DNA of 63,453 nucleotides, counting the filler. It is 7 parts of 7 records of this genome, joined end to end, with 100 filler letters (N's around TTAATTAATTAA, not from the genome) between each part and the next. Parts side by side here need not be neighbours in the genome. Positions count along the whole stretch, not along the records: positions 28,681 to 37,516 come from SRR20825006_2364; positions 37,617 to 49,760 come from SRR20825006_2366; 5 more parts are not named here. One strand, written 5' to 3'. A model generated the notes under the pieces. The model had not been told where the DNA came from. It was given only the letters and a program-made list of their open reading frames with translations, and searched no databases. Each line of letters starts with the position of its first letter. Position 1 is the stretch's first letter. Below, piece after piece: positions 28,767-38,419 of this stretch. The translations under genes were made by a program, and so were the position numbers.

Positions 28767-29962
28767 TGGCTTGGCAAATCGTTGTCAAAGGTGCTTTGGG
28801 AGAAACTGGCCAAGTTATCTTTCTCAAAAGTGTCGACCGTCGTGCTCGAATAACTCGTTGTGATGTTGTATCGGGTGACAGTGCTCGACTTCAGTCCACC
28901 AGGCGTCGTTGCCGATGGGTTTGCAATTACCAAAGTGCCAGAAGGATACTGCCAATACGCAGGTGCATCATCGCTCCCATCGGTGATCCCATCGCCTCCG
29001 TTCGCATCAACCACGATGCCGAATCGACCGTCCAAACCTGGACTGAGCACTTGAAAACTACGGTCGTTCATAAACAAGAACGCGTTGACTGCATTTGAAT
29101 AGGAACCGTAGCCGCCCGTAGCTGCGTTAGGATTGACGGAGTCGGATAGAACAGGACGCACATGATCAGCATCGCCTTCTACTGTTGATGAATAGCCGTT
29201 CATGACCTGCGTGCCACCGACCAAGACAAATCCGTCATAGGTTCGCGAATCGAAATACACGTAAGGCGCTGAATCCTCACGTGCCCGATAAACTGGAAAC
29301 GGATCAACGAGCGACAGGTCGTCTGTCGTAGTGATACGGTTAGCAACCGTAACGCCAGCCGAATCGTCTAGCTTCCGAAGCGATAATTTTTGAACGTCAA
29401 GATCAACCATGCCGTTCTGACGATCGATGTTGTAGTGGTACAAAGCCGGGTTGGTCGTATCCGTTGCACCAGGGATCAATGCCAGAGGACCGCCGACTCC
29501 GGTGAACGGATATTGCGGATCAGAACTGTATCCACCCAGCGCCCAAATCAACGCCTCGGCACGATCCATTGCAGTCGGATCATAGGGATGGGTACCAGTC
29601 ATTTGATCGGTGGATGTATCCAGCTCATCGTCACACATGCGATACAACAACTGCAGTTCACTTGCCGCAATATCTGGGAAAATCTTCCGATAGTGACGTT
29701 CGACGATGCTCCAATTCATAAAGTCCGGTGGGTAGTCACCGTACTTGGATTGATAGCGTTCAATGCCCTCGGATAGCGACTGAACCTCTGCTCGCAATGC
29801 CGCTTCCTTCCCTGAAGTCAAAACTGAGGTGACCGCAGGCAAGAGAACTGCAGCTAAGATCCCGATGATGCTGATCACCACCAGCATTTCCACCAGGGTG
29901 AAAGCAGAGCGGGAGGTGGGTGCCACGCGGGCGGGCTGATGGAGATTGGTTCGAGCGTTCAT
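28763..29962 (-). CDS. Large type IV pilin/pseudopilin (class III signal peptide)
   Basis: RSAFTLVEMLVVISIIGILAAVLLPAV, YQSKYGDYPP and SPGLDG motifs; start trimmed to MNARTN. Confidence 0.88.
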   Translation of the reverse strand: MNARTNLHQPARVAPTSRSAFTLVEMLVVISIIGILAAVLLPAVTSVLTSGKEAALRAEVQSLSEGIERYQSKYGDYPPDFMNWSIVERHYRKIFPDIAASELQLLYRMCDDELDTSTDQMTGTHPYDPTAMDRAEALIWALGGYSSDPQYPFTGVGGPLALIPGATDTTNPALYHYNIDRQNGMVDLDVQKLSLRKLDDSAGVTVANRITTTDDLSLVDPFPVYRAREDSAPYVYFDSRTYDGFVLVGGTQVMNGYSSTVEGDADHVRPVLSDSVNPNAATGGYGSYSNAVNAFLFMNDRSFQVLSPGLDGRFGIVVDANGGDGITDGSDDAPAYWQYPSGTLVIANPSATTPGGLKSSTVTRYNITTSYSSTTVDTFEKDNLASFSQSTFDNDLPSQ

Positions 29963-30109
29963 CGCTACTCTCGGAACGGGGAATGGTGCTGGCGGTTGTC
30001 CGTTCCACTCATGGAGCGAAACCGACGCGGTGCGGATGAGGTTGAAAAAGATTTGTCTCGTCGGCCGACCGGCACTCTCGCGCCGGTCGGGCTGTTTCAA
30101 TTTGGCTGT

Positions 30110-31549
30110 TTAACTCAAGCCCGAGATCAACTCGACCAATGGCATGAACAAACTGATCACGATGAAACCGACCGCGACCCCGAGGAACACGATCATCAAT
30201 GGCTCCATCAACGCGGTCAGTGCGTCGGTCATGATCCGGACTTCTTCGTCATAGGTGTCGGCTACCTTGTAAAGCATCGTGTCGAGCTCGCCGGTTTCTT
30301 CCCCCACGTCGACCATGTTCACCACGAGGTCATCCACCACGCGGCCTTTGATCTTCGTCAGGTAAAACAAAACACACAGCACGGCTCCACCAATGATCAT
30401 GTAACTGGACATGAACGTCAGCATCTCAACCATGGTGCCGTCATCCAGCTTGCCGCCCTTTGCGGTCAACGCGACGCTCATGACCATGATGCCGGGGAAC
30501 GATCCAAACAAAGCCCAGAACACCGCGGTCATCGGGTGGAATCCCAACACCGAATATTCCTTCAGCGGCTTGCTGATCACTTCCCCCTCGCGGATCTGGT
30601 TGCTGACCCCGGTGAACATTCGCTCGAACATGGCGTTGCCCGCCGTCTCTCGCGTGATGTTGAGGGCTTCCAAAATTGGCACACCGGAACTGATCAGTGT
30701 CCCCAACGTCCTCGTCGTCCGAGCCAAGATGTTCTTTTCGATCAACGTGCCAAAGATGGGCACGCGGATGATGAACATGTCAAATCCGATCCGCCCCTGT
30801 TTGAATTTCCTCATCAACTTGACCAGGATCAATGCACAGATCGGCATCAAGATCAGCAGGAACCAATACCCGGCGATGTAATTGCTCATCGCGATCAACA
30901 ACACCGTCGGTGCCGGCAGATCCAACCCGAACTCGTCGAACATCTTTTCGAACGTCGGAACGATGAACAACATGATGAACGTCAGAATCAACGTCGCGAC
31001 CAAGACCACGATGACCGGGTAGATCAACGCACCCTTGACCTTTCGCTTCAACGATTCAGCGGACTCGAGGAAGTCAGCCAAACGGTTGAGAATCGTTTCC
31101 AACGCACCGCCGGCCTCACCGGCTTTGATCATGTTGACGTACAGCCGACTGAAGACCTTCGGGCACTTTGCCATTGCCTCGGACAGCGTCGACCCACCTT
31201 CGATCTCGTCGCAAACATCCATCAAGGCATTCTTGAGTTTGCCTGGTTTCTGGTTGCCTTCCAAGATCTTCAGGCTGCGCAGAATCGGCAGACCAGCGTC
31301 TTGCAAGATCGACAGCTGACGCGTGAACGCGCAGATATGTTTGGTCTTGGCACCGCCCATGGCGAAGGGCCGCTTCTTGCCACCTCCGGCCCCAGCGGAA
31401 CCGGCCGCTTGTTTCTTGACCGCGATTTTGGTGACGAAGTAGCCCATCTGACGGATGGTGGTTTGGGCTTCGTCCTCGTTGGCCGCATCGATTTCGTCCC
31501 GGATCTCTTGTCCGGTCGCGTCCATCGCTTCAAAGGTATAAGTCGGCAT
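30110..31549 (-). CDS. pilC: Type IV pilus inner-membrane platform PilC/GspF with an internal hydrophobic insertion
   Basis: FTRQL, AGEAGG, ALIYP, VGEETGELD and LMEP motifs. Confidence 0.94.
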   Translation of the reverse strand: MPTYTFEAMDATGQEIRDEIDAANEDEAQTTIRQMGYFVTKIAVKKQAAGSAGAGGGKKRPFAMGGAKTKHICAFTRQLSILQDAGLPILRSLKILEGNQKPGKLKNALMDVCDEIEGGSTLSEAMAKCPKVFSRLYVNMIKAGEAGGALETILNRLADFLESAESLKRKVKGALIYPVIVVLVATLILTFIMLFIVPTFEKMFDEFGLDLPAPTVLLIAMSNYIAGYWFLLILMPICALILVKLMRKFKQGRIGFDMFIIRVPIFGTLIEKNILARTTRTLGTLISSGVPILEALNITRETAGNAMFERMFTGVSNQIREGEVISKPLKEYSVLGFHPMTAVFWALFGSFPGIMVMSVALTAKGGKLDDGTMVEMLTFMSSYMIIGGAVLCVLFYLTKIKGRVVDDLVVNMVDVGEETGELDTMLYKVADTYDEEVRIMTDALTALMEPLMIVFLGVAVGFIVISLFMPLVELISGLS

Positions 31550-31584
31550 GGGATTGCTTCTTCAAGTGAAAAGGGCCGTTCTAG

Positions 31585-31626
31585 GCGACTAGCAGCTAGC
31601 GTTTAGCTTTTAGCTTTTAGCTTTTT
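31585..31626. repeat. Heptamer tandem array downstream of the four-helix-bundle gene
   Basis: gcgacta gcagcta gcgttta gctttta gctttta gcttttt; the first 16 bp are the exact reverse complement of 32055-32070. Confidence 0.85.
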
Positions 31627-31671
31627 TCAATCTGGGTGATATCAGTGGTGTCATCTATGCAACGCTTTGCG

Positions 31672-32028
31672 TTAAGCACTTCGAAGTCGTTGAATAAAAC
31701 TGCGAAGCATGCGTTGAATCTCGGTCAGTTGTCGGTAAATCAAATCGAAAGCAGAGGAGTCGATGTAACCCAGGTCTTTCGCAAGTAGTAGTTGGTAGTC
31801 AGCTTCACTAGCGGATCCCATCGCAATGTCACAGAACCGAGCCAACTCGCGATCCGTCCCACGCCCACAACCTTCGGCCAAATTTGTTGGAATCGATGCA
31901 GCCGATCGTCTCAGTTGTGACGTCAGCCCGTAGCTTTCGTCCTTTGGAAAACCTTTCGTCAGTGCGTATACCGCGAGAGTGAACTGATGAGCCTTCGCCC
32001 AAACAATCAAGTCTCGAAAATCTTTCAT
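31672..32028 (-). CDS. Four helix bundle protein (23S rRNA intervening-sequence protein / bAvd-like)
   Basis: FRDLIVW, FPKDESYGLTSQLRRSAASIPTNLAEGCGR and IAMGSASE motifs; 118 aa. Confidence 0.93.
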   Translation of the reverse strand: MKDFRDLIVWAKAHQFTLAVYALTKGFPKDESYGLTSQLRRSAASIPTNLAEGCGRGTDRELARFCDIAMGSASEADYQLLLAKDLGYIDSSAFDLIYRQLTEIQRMLRSFIQRLRSA

Positions 32029-32054
32029 CTGATCGTTCCTTCCATCCGTCGTCA

Positions 32055-32089
32055 GCTAGCTGCTAGTCGCTAAGAGCTAGTCGCTTTCA
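32055..32089. repeat. Heptamer tandem array upstream of the four-helix-bundle gene, inverted relative to 31585-31626
   Basis: gctagct gctagtc gctaaga gctagtc gctttca. Confidence 0.85.
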
Positions 32090-32113
32090 AAGCAACTCGC
32101 AGCGGCTTCGCCG

Positions 32114-33829
32114 CTAACCATCCACCACCGTCTCCCGGACGATTTCGTCGAGGGTGGTGATTCCGTCGCGAGCCAGGCTCATGCCGAACTCTCGTAGGAT
32201 CACCATTCCGTCGCTTTGGGCTTGGTCTCGCAGCTCATCCGTGCTGGCGTTGTGCATGATCATTTCGCGAATCGTGTCGTTGAGAATCATCAACTCAAAC
32301 AACGCGATCCGGCCTTTGTACCCGGTGTTGTTGCACTTCTCGCATCCAACACCTTTGAAGTAATCGGTCGCTTCGATCTCTTCGCGGCTCATGCCGAGTT
32401 CCATCAGCAGGTCGCTGCTGACACGTGTCTTTTCGCGACAACCCGTGCAGATCCGGCGAACAAGTCGCTGAGCCAAAATGGCTTCGACGGTCGCGCAAAT
32501 CATGAAGGGCTGAATCCCCATGTCAGTCAGTCGTGTGACCGTGCTGGGTGAATCGTTCGTGTGCAACGTGCTGAAAACCAAGTGACCCGTCAGCGCCGCC
32601 TGGATCGAAATTTCGGCGGTCTCCAAGTCGCGAATCTCGCCAACCAGAATCGTGTCCGGGTCCTGTCGCAGAATCGCTCGCAAACAAGACGCGAAGGTCA
32701 CGCCCGCGTCAGAGTCAATCGGGATTTGAATGATTCCATCGATGTCATATTCCACCGGGTCTTCGGTGGTGATCAGCTTTTCGGAGATCTCATTGAGCTC
32801 CGACAAAGTCGAGTACAACGTGGTCGTCTTGCCCGATCCCGTTGGACCGGTGACCAACACGATTCCGTTGGGGCGATCGATCGCCGAGCGGAACCGCGAC
32901 ATCATGTCTTCGTCCATCCCGACGTTGTCGAGCGACAGGTTCACAACCGAACGGTCGAGCACCCGCATGACCGTCGATTCACCGAAGATCGTCGGCAAAA
33001 CCGAAACGCGAAGGTCGACGGGGTGACCACCGACCATCAGTTCGATTCGGCCGTCCTGCGGCATCCGACGCTCGGCGATGTCGAGGTTGGCCATCACCTT
33101 GATTCGAGTCGTGATCGCAAACGCGAGGTGACGTGGCGGCGGAACCATTTCATAGAGCACGCCTTCGGATTTGATCCGGATGCGGAACTCGTCTTCAAAC
33201 GGTTCGAAGTGAATGTCTGATGCGTGGTCCTTGATCGCCAGCAACAACACCATGTTGAGCAGCTTGCGGACGGGGGCCGAATCAGCGAGTGCTTCCGCGT
33301 CGGTGATATTAAACTTCTCGTTGTCCAACAAACTCGCGGCGGCCTTGAGCTCTTCATCTTCGGCCAGTTCAGCGACCAGCTTCTCGACGCTTTCGGCTTC
33401 GCTGTCGTAGTACTTCGTGATCGTCTTGTTGACATCCGCTTCGGTCGCCACCAAGATTTTGATGTCGTAACCGAGGAACGTCCGCAACTCGTCTTGGATA
33501 TTCAGGTTCTGAGGGTCACAAGTCGCGATGGTCAGCGTGTTGCCTTCGAACTGGATCGGCACGCAACGATAAAGCTGAGCCATCGTTTCGCTGATCTTCT
33601 CCATCACCTCCGGTTCCAGTTTCGCGTCTTCCAGCGAAACGGTCTGCATCCCCATTTGCTCGGCGAGCGCCTGGATCAGTTGCTCGTCGGTGACCAACTG
33701 CATGTCTTCGGCGACTTTCCCGAACAGCGCACCAGGCTGCTGTTCTTGTTCGTCGAGCACAATTTGCAATTGATCATCGGTGAGGAAACCGAGGTCAACG
33801 AGGATCTGTCCGATGCGACGTGGGGCCAT
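32114..33829 (-). CDS. pilB: PilB/GspE assembly ATPase with N-terminal MshEN domain
   Basis: RIGQILVDLGFLTDDQLQIVLDEQ, ASDIHFEP, GPTGSGKT, LRQDPD and TGHLVFSTLH motifs; start trimmed to MAPRR. Confidence 0.94.
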   Translation of the reverse strand: MAPRRIGQILVDLGFLTDDQLQIVLDEQEQQPGALFGKVAEDMQLVTDEQLIQALAEQMGMQTVSLEDAKLEPEVMEKISETMAQLYRCVPIQFEGNTLTIATCDPQNLNIQDELRTFLGYDIKILVATEADVNKTITKYYDSEAESVEKLVAELAEDEELKAAASLLDNEKFNITDAEALADSAPVRKLLNMVLLLAIKDHASDIHFEPFEDEFRIRIKSEGVLYEMVPPPRHLAFAITTRIKVMANLDIAERRMPQDGRIELMVGGHPVDLRVSVLPTIFGESTVMRVLDRSVVNLSLDNVGMDEDMMSRFRSAIDRPNGIVLVTGPTGSGKTTTLYSTLSELNEISEKLITTEDPVEYDIDGIIQIPIDSDAGVTFASCLRAILRQDPDTILVGEIRDLETAEISIQAALTGHLVFSTLHTNDSPSTVTRLTDMGIQPFMICATVEAILAQRLVRRICTGCREKTRVSSDLLMELGMSREEIEATDYFKGVGCEKCNNTGYKGRIALFELMILNDTIREMIMHNASTDELRDQAQSDGMVILREFGMSLARDGITTLDEIVRETVVDG

Positions 33830-33846
33830 GGTTGATGAGCGGGAAA

Positions 33847-33936
33847 GAGGCACAGGGCCACAGGGCCACAGGAAATGAAAATCAACGTCGAGCCAACGGA
33901 ACAAAACGCACTGAGTCGCTGTGGTCCTGAGGCCCT
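33847..33936. repeat. Inverted octamer arrays in the pilT-pilB spacer
   Basis: gaggcaca gggccaca gggccaca ... ctgagtcg ctgtggtc ctgaggcc; 33854-33871 and 33919-33936 are 16/18 reverse-complementary. Confidence 0.75.
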
Positions 33937-33944
33937 TTCAACTT

Positions 33945-35051
33945 CTAATCTTCTTTAATCGGAATGGGCTCGTCACCCAGACCTTGTCTTGCTTGAACGA
34001 TTCGTTTGGCCAAGTCGTCGGGACGGTGGGCTTTTGCCAACACGTCTTCCACCGAGACTCGGTCGCCTTTCCAGTGATTGAACAACGCGTCGTCCATCAA
34101 CTGCATGCCGAATTTGGCACCGGTTTGCATCGATGAGTTGATCCGGAACGTTTTGTTTTCGCGAATCAGGTTGGCGATGCCGGGCGTCACGTTCAGCACT
34201 TCGTAAGCGGCACAACGACCGCCACCGATCTTTGGCAACAATGTCTGCGCGACCACACCAATCAGGGTGGATGCGAGCTGCGTCCGAATTTGATCCTGCA
34301 GGTTGCCGGGGAACGCGTCGATGATCCGGTTGACCGTGCCTTGAGCACTGTTGGTGTGCAGGGTGCCAAACACGACGTGTCCCGTTTCAGCCGCACTGAT
34401 GGCCGCTTCGATGGTCTCGAGGTCGCGAAGCTCGCCGACCAGAATCACGTCGGGGTCTTGTCGCAGTGCACGACGGATCGCTTCGGAGAAACTCGGCACA
34501 TCGACGCCGACTTCCCGCTGGTTGATCGTCGACTCTTTGTGTTCGTGATAAAACTCGATCGGGTCTTCGATCGTGATGATGTGGTGGTCAATCGTTTCGT
34601 TGAGCAAGTTGATCAACGATGCCAGCGTCGTCGATTTCCCTGACCCCGTTGGTCCCGTCACCAGGAACAACCCACGAGGGCGGTGGACCATTTTGACGAC
34701 AGCCTCAGGCAGGCCGAGTTGCTCGGGTGTCAATTTGTCATTGGGGATCTGACGCAGCACCATCGAAATGAAGCCACGCTGCTTGAAGACAGAGACTCGG
34801 AAACGAGCCAAATCGCCGAATGCGAACCCGAAGTCGGTCGAGCCTGTCTCTTGAAGTTCACGCTGACAGCGTTCCGGCGTGATCGATTTCATCAACGCGA
34901 CGGAATCTTCGCCTTCGAGCGTCTTGGTTTCCAGCTTCCGCATGCGGCCGTGCAATCGAAACACTGGCGGCTGGCCGACAACAATATGGATGTCGCTAAC
35001 GCCCTGCTTCACAGCAGCTTGCAGCAGTTTGTCGATCAGCACGGTGGCCAT
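33945..35051 (-). CDS. pilT: Type IV pilus retraction ATPase PilT
   Basis: GPTGSGKS, TIEDPIE, QREVG, AETGH and IANLIRE (AIRNLIRE-like) motifs. Confidence 0.95.
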   Translation of the reverse strand: MATVLIDKLLQAAVKQGVSDIHIVVGQPPVFRLHGRMRKLETKTLEGEDSVALMKSITPERCQRELQETGSTDFGFAFGDLARFRVSVFKQRGFISMVLRQIPNDKLTPEQLGLPEAVVKMVHRPRGLFLVTGPTGSGKSTTLASLINLLNETIDHHIITIEDPIEFYHEHKESTINQREVGVDVPSFSEAIRRALRQDPDVILVGELRDLETIEAAISAAETGHVVFGTLHTNSAQGTVNRIIDAFPGNLQDQIRTQLASTLIGVVAQTLLPKIGGGRCAAYEVLNVTPGIANLIRENKTFRINSSMQTGAKFGMQLMDDALFNHWKGDRVSVEDVLAKAHRPDDLAKRIVQARQGLGDEPIPIKED

Positions 35052-35541
35052 GGAAAACGCCTGACAATGAGTGGGAGGGCGTGAAGATGAGAGTAGGGGC
35101 CTTTTGCCTGGCCGGATTCCACTGGCGACTCAACCAACCAGCTCGACCGGCGTTCAGACCGGCCGCTCCCCAGGTGATTCGCGAGATAAGACGAGAACGA
35201 ACCACGCCAGAGCAACCGGCATCCCGCCAGATCGTTCGGCAACGGGACAGTGCGTCCCAGATGAGTCGCCCGACACGTGATTTCCCGTGCCAGACGGTGT
35301 CATTATGCGTGAAACAGCGTCAAAGGCAAAGAAAATCGCGTTGCGTCGCCGGAATGCGTACGATGCCGCCCCGTTCAAGCCAAAAGCCTATAGCCCGACA
35401 GGGAGCTTCCTGCGTGAAATCAACCGCAGCGGAACTTGCCGCGAGCGGAAGGCCATCCTTCCGCCGCTTAGCCAATAGCAACGCGAGTGAGTTCGCCAAC
35501 GCAACGAAAACGGACAAACCGCCGAGTGGTGCGGTTCCTGC

Positions 35542-37299
35542 CTACAGCGACGAAAGCTCTTTCGCGATGTGACTGAGTGCCAGTGCCTCTTGCTCGGTCT
35601 TCTTCGCCACGCGATAGACCTCATCGAAGGTCGTGATCCCGCGAATGACCTTGAGCATGCCATCGGCGTAAAGCGTTGACATGCCGTTCTTTATGGCCTC
35701 TTCGCGAATGGTTTTTGTGGTGGTTCCTTTGAACATCAGCTCGCGGAGCTTGTTGTTGATCAACATCAACTCGTAAATACCGATCCGGCCGCGATACCCC
35801 GTCCGGCCGCAATAGGTGCATCCCTTGCCCTTGCTGAACTCGGCCTGAGCGAGCATCTCCGGCGGGATCTCTGAGTCCTCGATGACGCTCTGCGGTGGCT
35901 GGTAACGGACCTTGCAACGCGGGCAAATTGTCCGCACAAGACGCTGTGCCAACACCGCGATGACGGAACTAGCCACCATATAGGATGGTACACCAATGTC
36001 CACCATCCGTGATATAGCACTGGGCGCATCGTTCGTATGCAGGGTACTGAAAACCAAGTGTCCAGTCAGTGAGGCCTGGATTCCCATCGATGCGGTCTCA
36101 TGATCTCGCATTTCCCCGACGAGAATGATGTTGGGTGCTTGCCGCAACATGGCTCGAATGATGCGAGCGAAGTCGAGGCCAATGTTATGTTTCACTTCGA
36201 CTTGGTTGATGCCGGGCAAGTAGTATTCGACCGGGTCTTCCGCGGTGATGATCTTGCGGTCAGGACGGTTCAACGCATTGAGGGAAGCGTACAGGGTGGT
36301 CGTCTTCCCGGACCCGGTCGGGCCCGTCACCAGCACGATCCCGTTGGGACGGCGAATGAGTGAGTTGAAGTTCCGGAAGTCACGCTCGGACAAACCGAGC
36401 TGCCGGGTGCCGACTTTGATGTTGTCTTTGTCCAGCAGCCGCATCACACAAGATTGGCCGTGGTTGGTCGGGATGATGCTGACCCGCAAATCGAGCTGCT
36501 TGTCGCCGACGGTGATTTTGATCCGTCCGTCGGTGGGTCGCCGCTTCTCGCTGATGTCGATCTTGGACAAGATCTTGATCCGGGCGATGATGGCAGAAAG
36601 CATTCGCCGGGGGGCTGCTTCCCGCTCGACACAGACGCCGTCAATTCGATAACGGATTCGAACTCGGTCCTCAAAGGGCTCGACGTGAATGTCACTGGCC
36701 CGCAGCTGGACCGCCTCGGCGATCATCAAGTTGACCAGCCGGATGACGGGGGCCGAATTGTCATCGACAGTCTCCTCCCCCCCGCCAGAGTCTGATTCAG
36801 TTTCGGTGAAGTCGATGGCCGTGTCGGTGAACTCTTGCAACATCGAGTCAGCCGATTCACCTTCGACCTGACCATAGTATTGGTTGATCGCCCCGTTGAT
36901 GGCTTCTTTTGGGGCCAGAGCCGTTTCGATTTTCCGGTTGAGAATGAAACGCAGCTTTTCGATCGTTTCGAGGTCAAACGGGTCGGCGATCAGGATGGTC
37001 AGGGCGCCGTCTTCTTCTTTGAACGGCAGCACCGTGTTTTCGCGAGCGACCGACTCGGGCACCAATTCGATGACGGTTTCGCTGATCCGCTCGCTGCGAA
37101 GGTCGACGAAGGGGATTTTGTGGAATTTTGCCAAGGCCATCCCGACTTCTTCGGGGCTGGCGTATTCCATTTTGATCAAGACATCGCCAATGTCCGCGCC
37201 CGTATTTTTGGCGACTTCTTCGGCTTCGGACAGCTGATCGAGACTGATGACGCCCTGTTGGAGCAGCAAATCGGTGAAATCTTGCATCGTCCGGCTCAT
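35542..37299 (-). CDS. pilB: Second PilB/GspE ATPase
   Basis: ASDIHVEP, GPTGSGKT, EDPVEY and LTGHLVFSTLH motifs; CxxC...CxxC; start MSRTMQD with RBS aaggaa. Confidence 0.93.
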   Translation of the reverse strand: MSRTMQDFTDLLLQQGVISLDQLSEAEEVAKNTGADIGDVLIKMEYASPEEVGMALAKFHKIPFVDLRSERISETVIELVPESVARENTVLPFKEEDGALTILIADPFDLETIEKLRFILNRKIETALAPKEAINGAINQYYGQVEGESADSMLQEFTDTAIDFTETESDSGGGEETVDDNSAPVIRLVNLMIAEAVQLRASDIHVEPFEDRVRIRYRIDGVCVEREAAPRRMLSAIIARIKILSKIDISEKRRPTDGRIKITVGDKQLDLRVSIIPTNHGQSCVMRLLDKDNIKVGTRQLGLSERDFRNFNSLIRRPNGIVLVTGPTGSGKTTTLYASLNALNRPDRKIITAEDPVEYYLPGINQVEVKHNIGLDFARIIRAMLRQAPNIILVGEMRDHETASMGIQASLTGHLVFSTLHTNDAPSAISRMVDIGVPSYMVASSVIAVLAQRLVRTICPRCKVRYQPPQSVIEDSEIPPEMLAQAEFSKGKGCTYCGRTGYRGRIGIYELMLINNKLRELMFKGTTTKTIREEAIKNGMSTLYADGMLKVIRGITTFDEVYRVAKKTEQEALALSHIAKELSSL

Positions 37300-37516
37300 G
37301 GTGAATTCCTTCGTCGACAGAAAAGCGTTGCCAGCCGGGAACGCGCAAAAGGGCGCCCGGCGACGTGATCTTAGGATATCACGAGGATGCGGGGCAGGTT
37401 GTGGAAAACTTCGCTTGCTTCCGACTTCGCGGAGGAGTGTGCGGTAGCAGCCCGTCGTACGGTGGACTTCACCGGGAATGCAAGTGAGGTTGCGCTCGAC
37501 TCGGTGGGGGACCACC

Positions 37517-37616
37517 NNNNNNNNNNNNNNNNNNNNNNNNNNNNNNNNNNNNNNNNNNNNTTAATTAATTAANNNNNNNNNNNNNNNNNNNNNNNNNNNN
37601 NNNNNNNNNNNNNNNN
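37517..37616. other. Artificial contig-joining spacer
   Basis: N run with TTAATTAATTAA. Confidence 0.99.
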
Positions 37617-38413
37617 AGGGCGTAGGCATAGTTATTCCAGACTGACGCGCGTTCTGGTGCAATCGTAAGCGCACGCTTATAGCTATTTATCGCACCAGCG
37701 AAATCACCCTGAGTATAGGCGGCATTGGCCAGGGCCAGCCATGCCAACACGCTGCCTGGCCATTCATTTACCGCGCGCTGATAAAAGTCCATCGCACGCT
37801 TAGTATCACCGGTTTCCTCAAAGGCGTGGGCACTCTTCAAATAGGAAACAGGCATTGCCGTGACCGGCATCACCGATGCCGGAACCAGCACTCTCGCCCA
37901 GTGTTCTGCCCGCGCCCATGTTGCAGCAAACGTTGCGAAATCCAGCCGATAATATGCCTTCTCGCCAGAGTGCAGGAGCAGGGTACTGGACCTGAGGTCA
38001 TAACCCACTGCCAGCGCATAATGCCACTGCGGCCACCAGCTCAAACCGAGGTTTTGTAGCACCAAAACCGGGTTACCCGCATTGAGCTCTCTTAATAAGT
38101 CTTCGAATTTTGGTGCGAGAGGATAGGGCAACAAGCCGATGCGTCTTCCCGCGGCTTGCATATCGACCGTTAAACTACCCTTGCGCTCGGGCACAAAACT
38201 CATGTCAGCGACAGACTGCTGATCAATGTGAATATCGCGATAATTCGCCACAGAGCTTAACGCCGCGGGACCGCAGTAGTAGGCCTGCTGAGCAACGAAG
38301 GGAACATCGAGCTTACGACTATCTGCCAAGTCATTCAGGGTGGCAGGGGGAAGTGTGGGAACACTGCTGCAGGCAACCAGCAGCAGCGCCCATATAACAA
38401 GTAAAGAACGCAA
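37617..38413 (-). CDS. PA2778-family C39-like cysteine peptidase lipoprotein with TPR repeats (3' truncated)
   Basis: Lipobox LVAC; VPFVAQQAYYCGPAAL; WHYALAVGYD; C-terminal TPRs. Confidence 0.85.
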
Positions 38414-38419
38414 CGGTCT

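Noticed and set aside
22947-33936. CRISPR array interpretation of the short repeat clusters
   Set aside because: The units are 7-18 nt with no unique spacers of regular length, and no cas genes are present.
35052-35541. Riboswitch or sigma54 promoter in the 490-bp pilB-pilT spacer
   Set aside because: I could not match a c-di-GMP riboswitch consensus by eye, and TGGCACG lacks the -12 TTGC. An Rfam/Infernal scan would settle it.
28681-37516. Diversity-generating retroelement targeting pilins (Avd-like gene near pilins)
   Set aside because: No reverse transcriptase and no template/variable repeat pair were seen on this contig.
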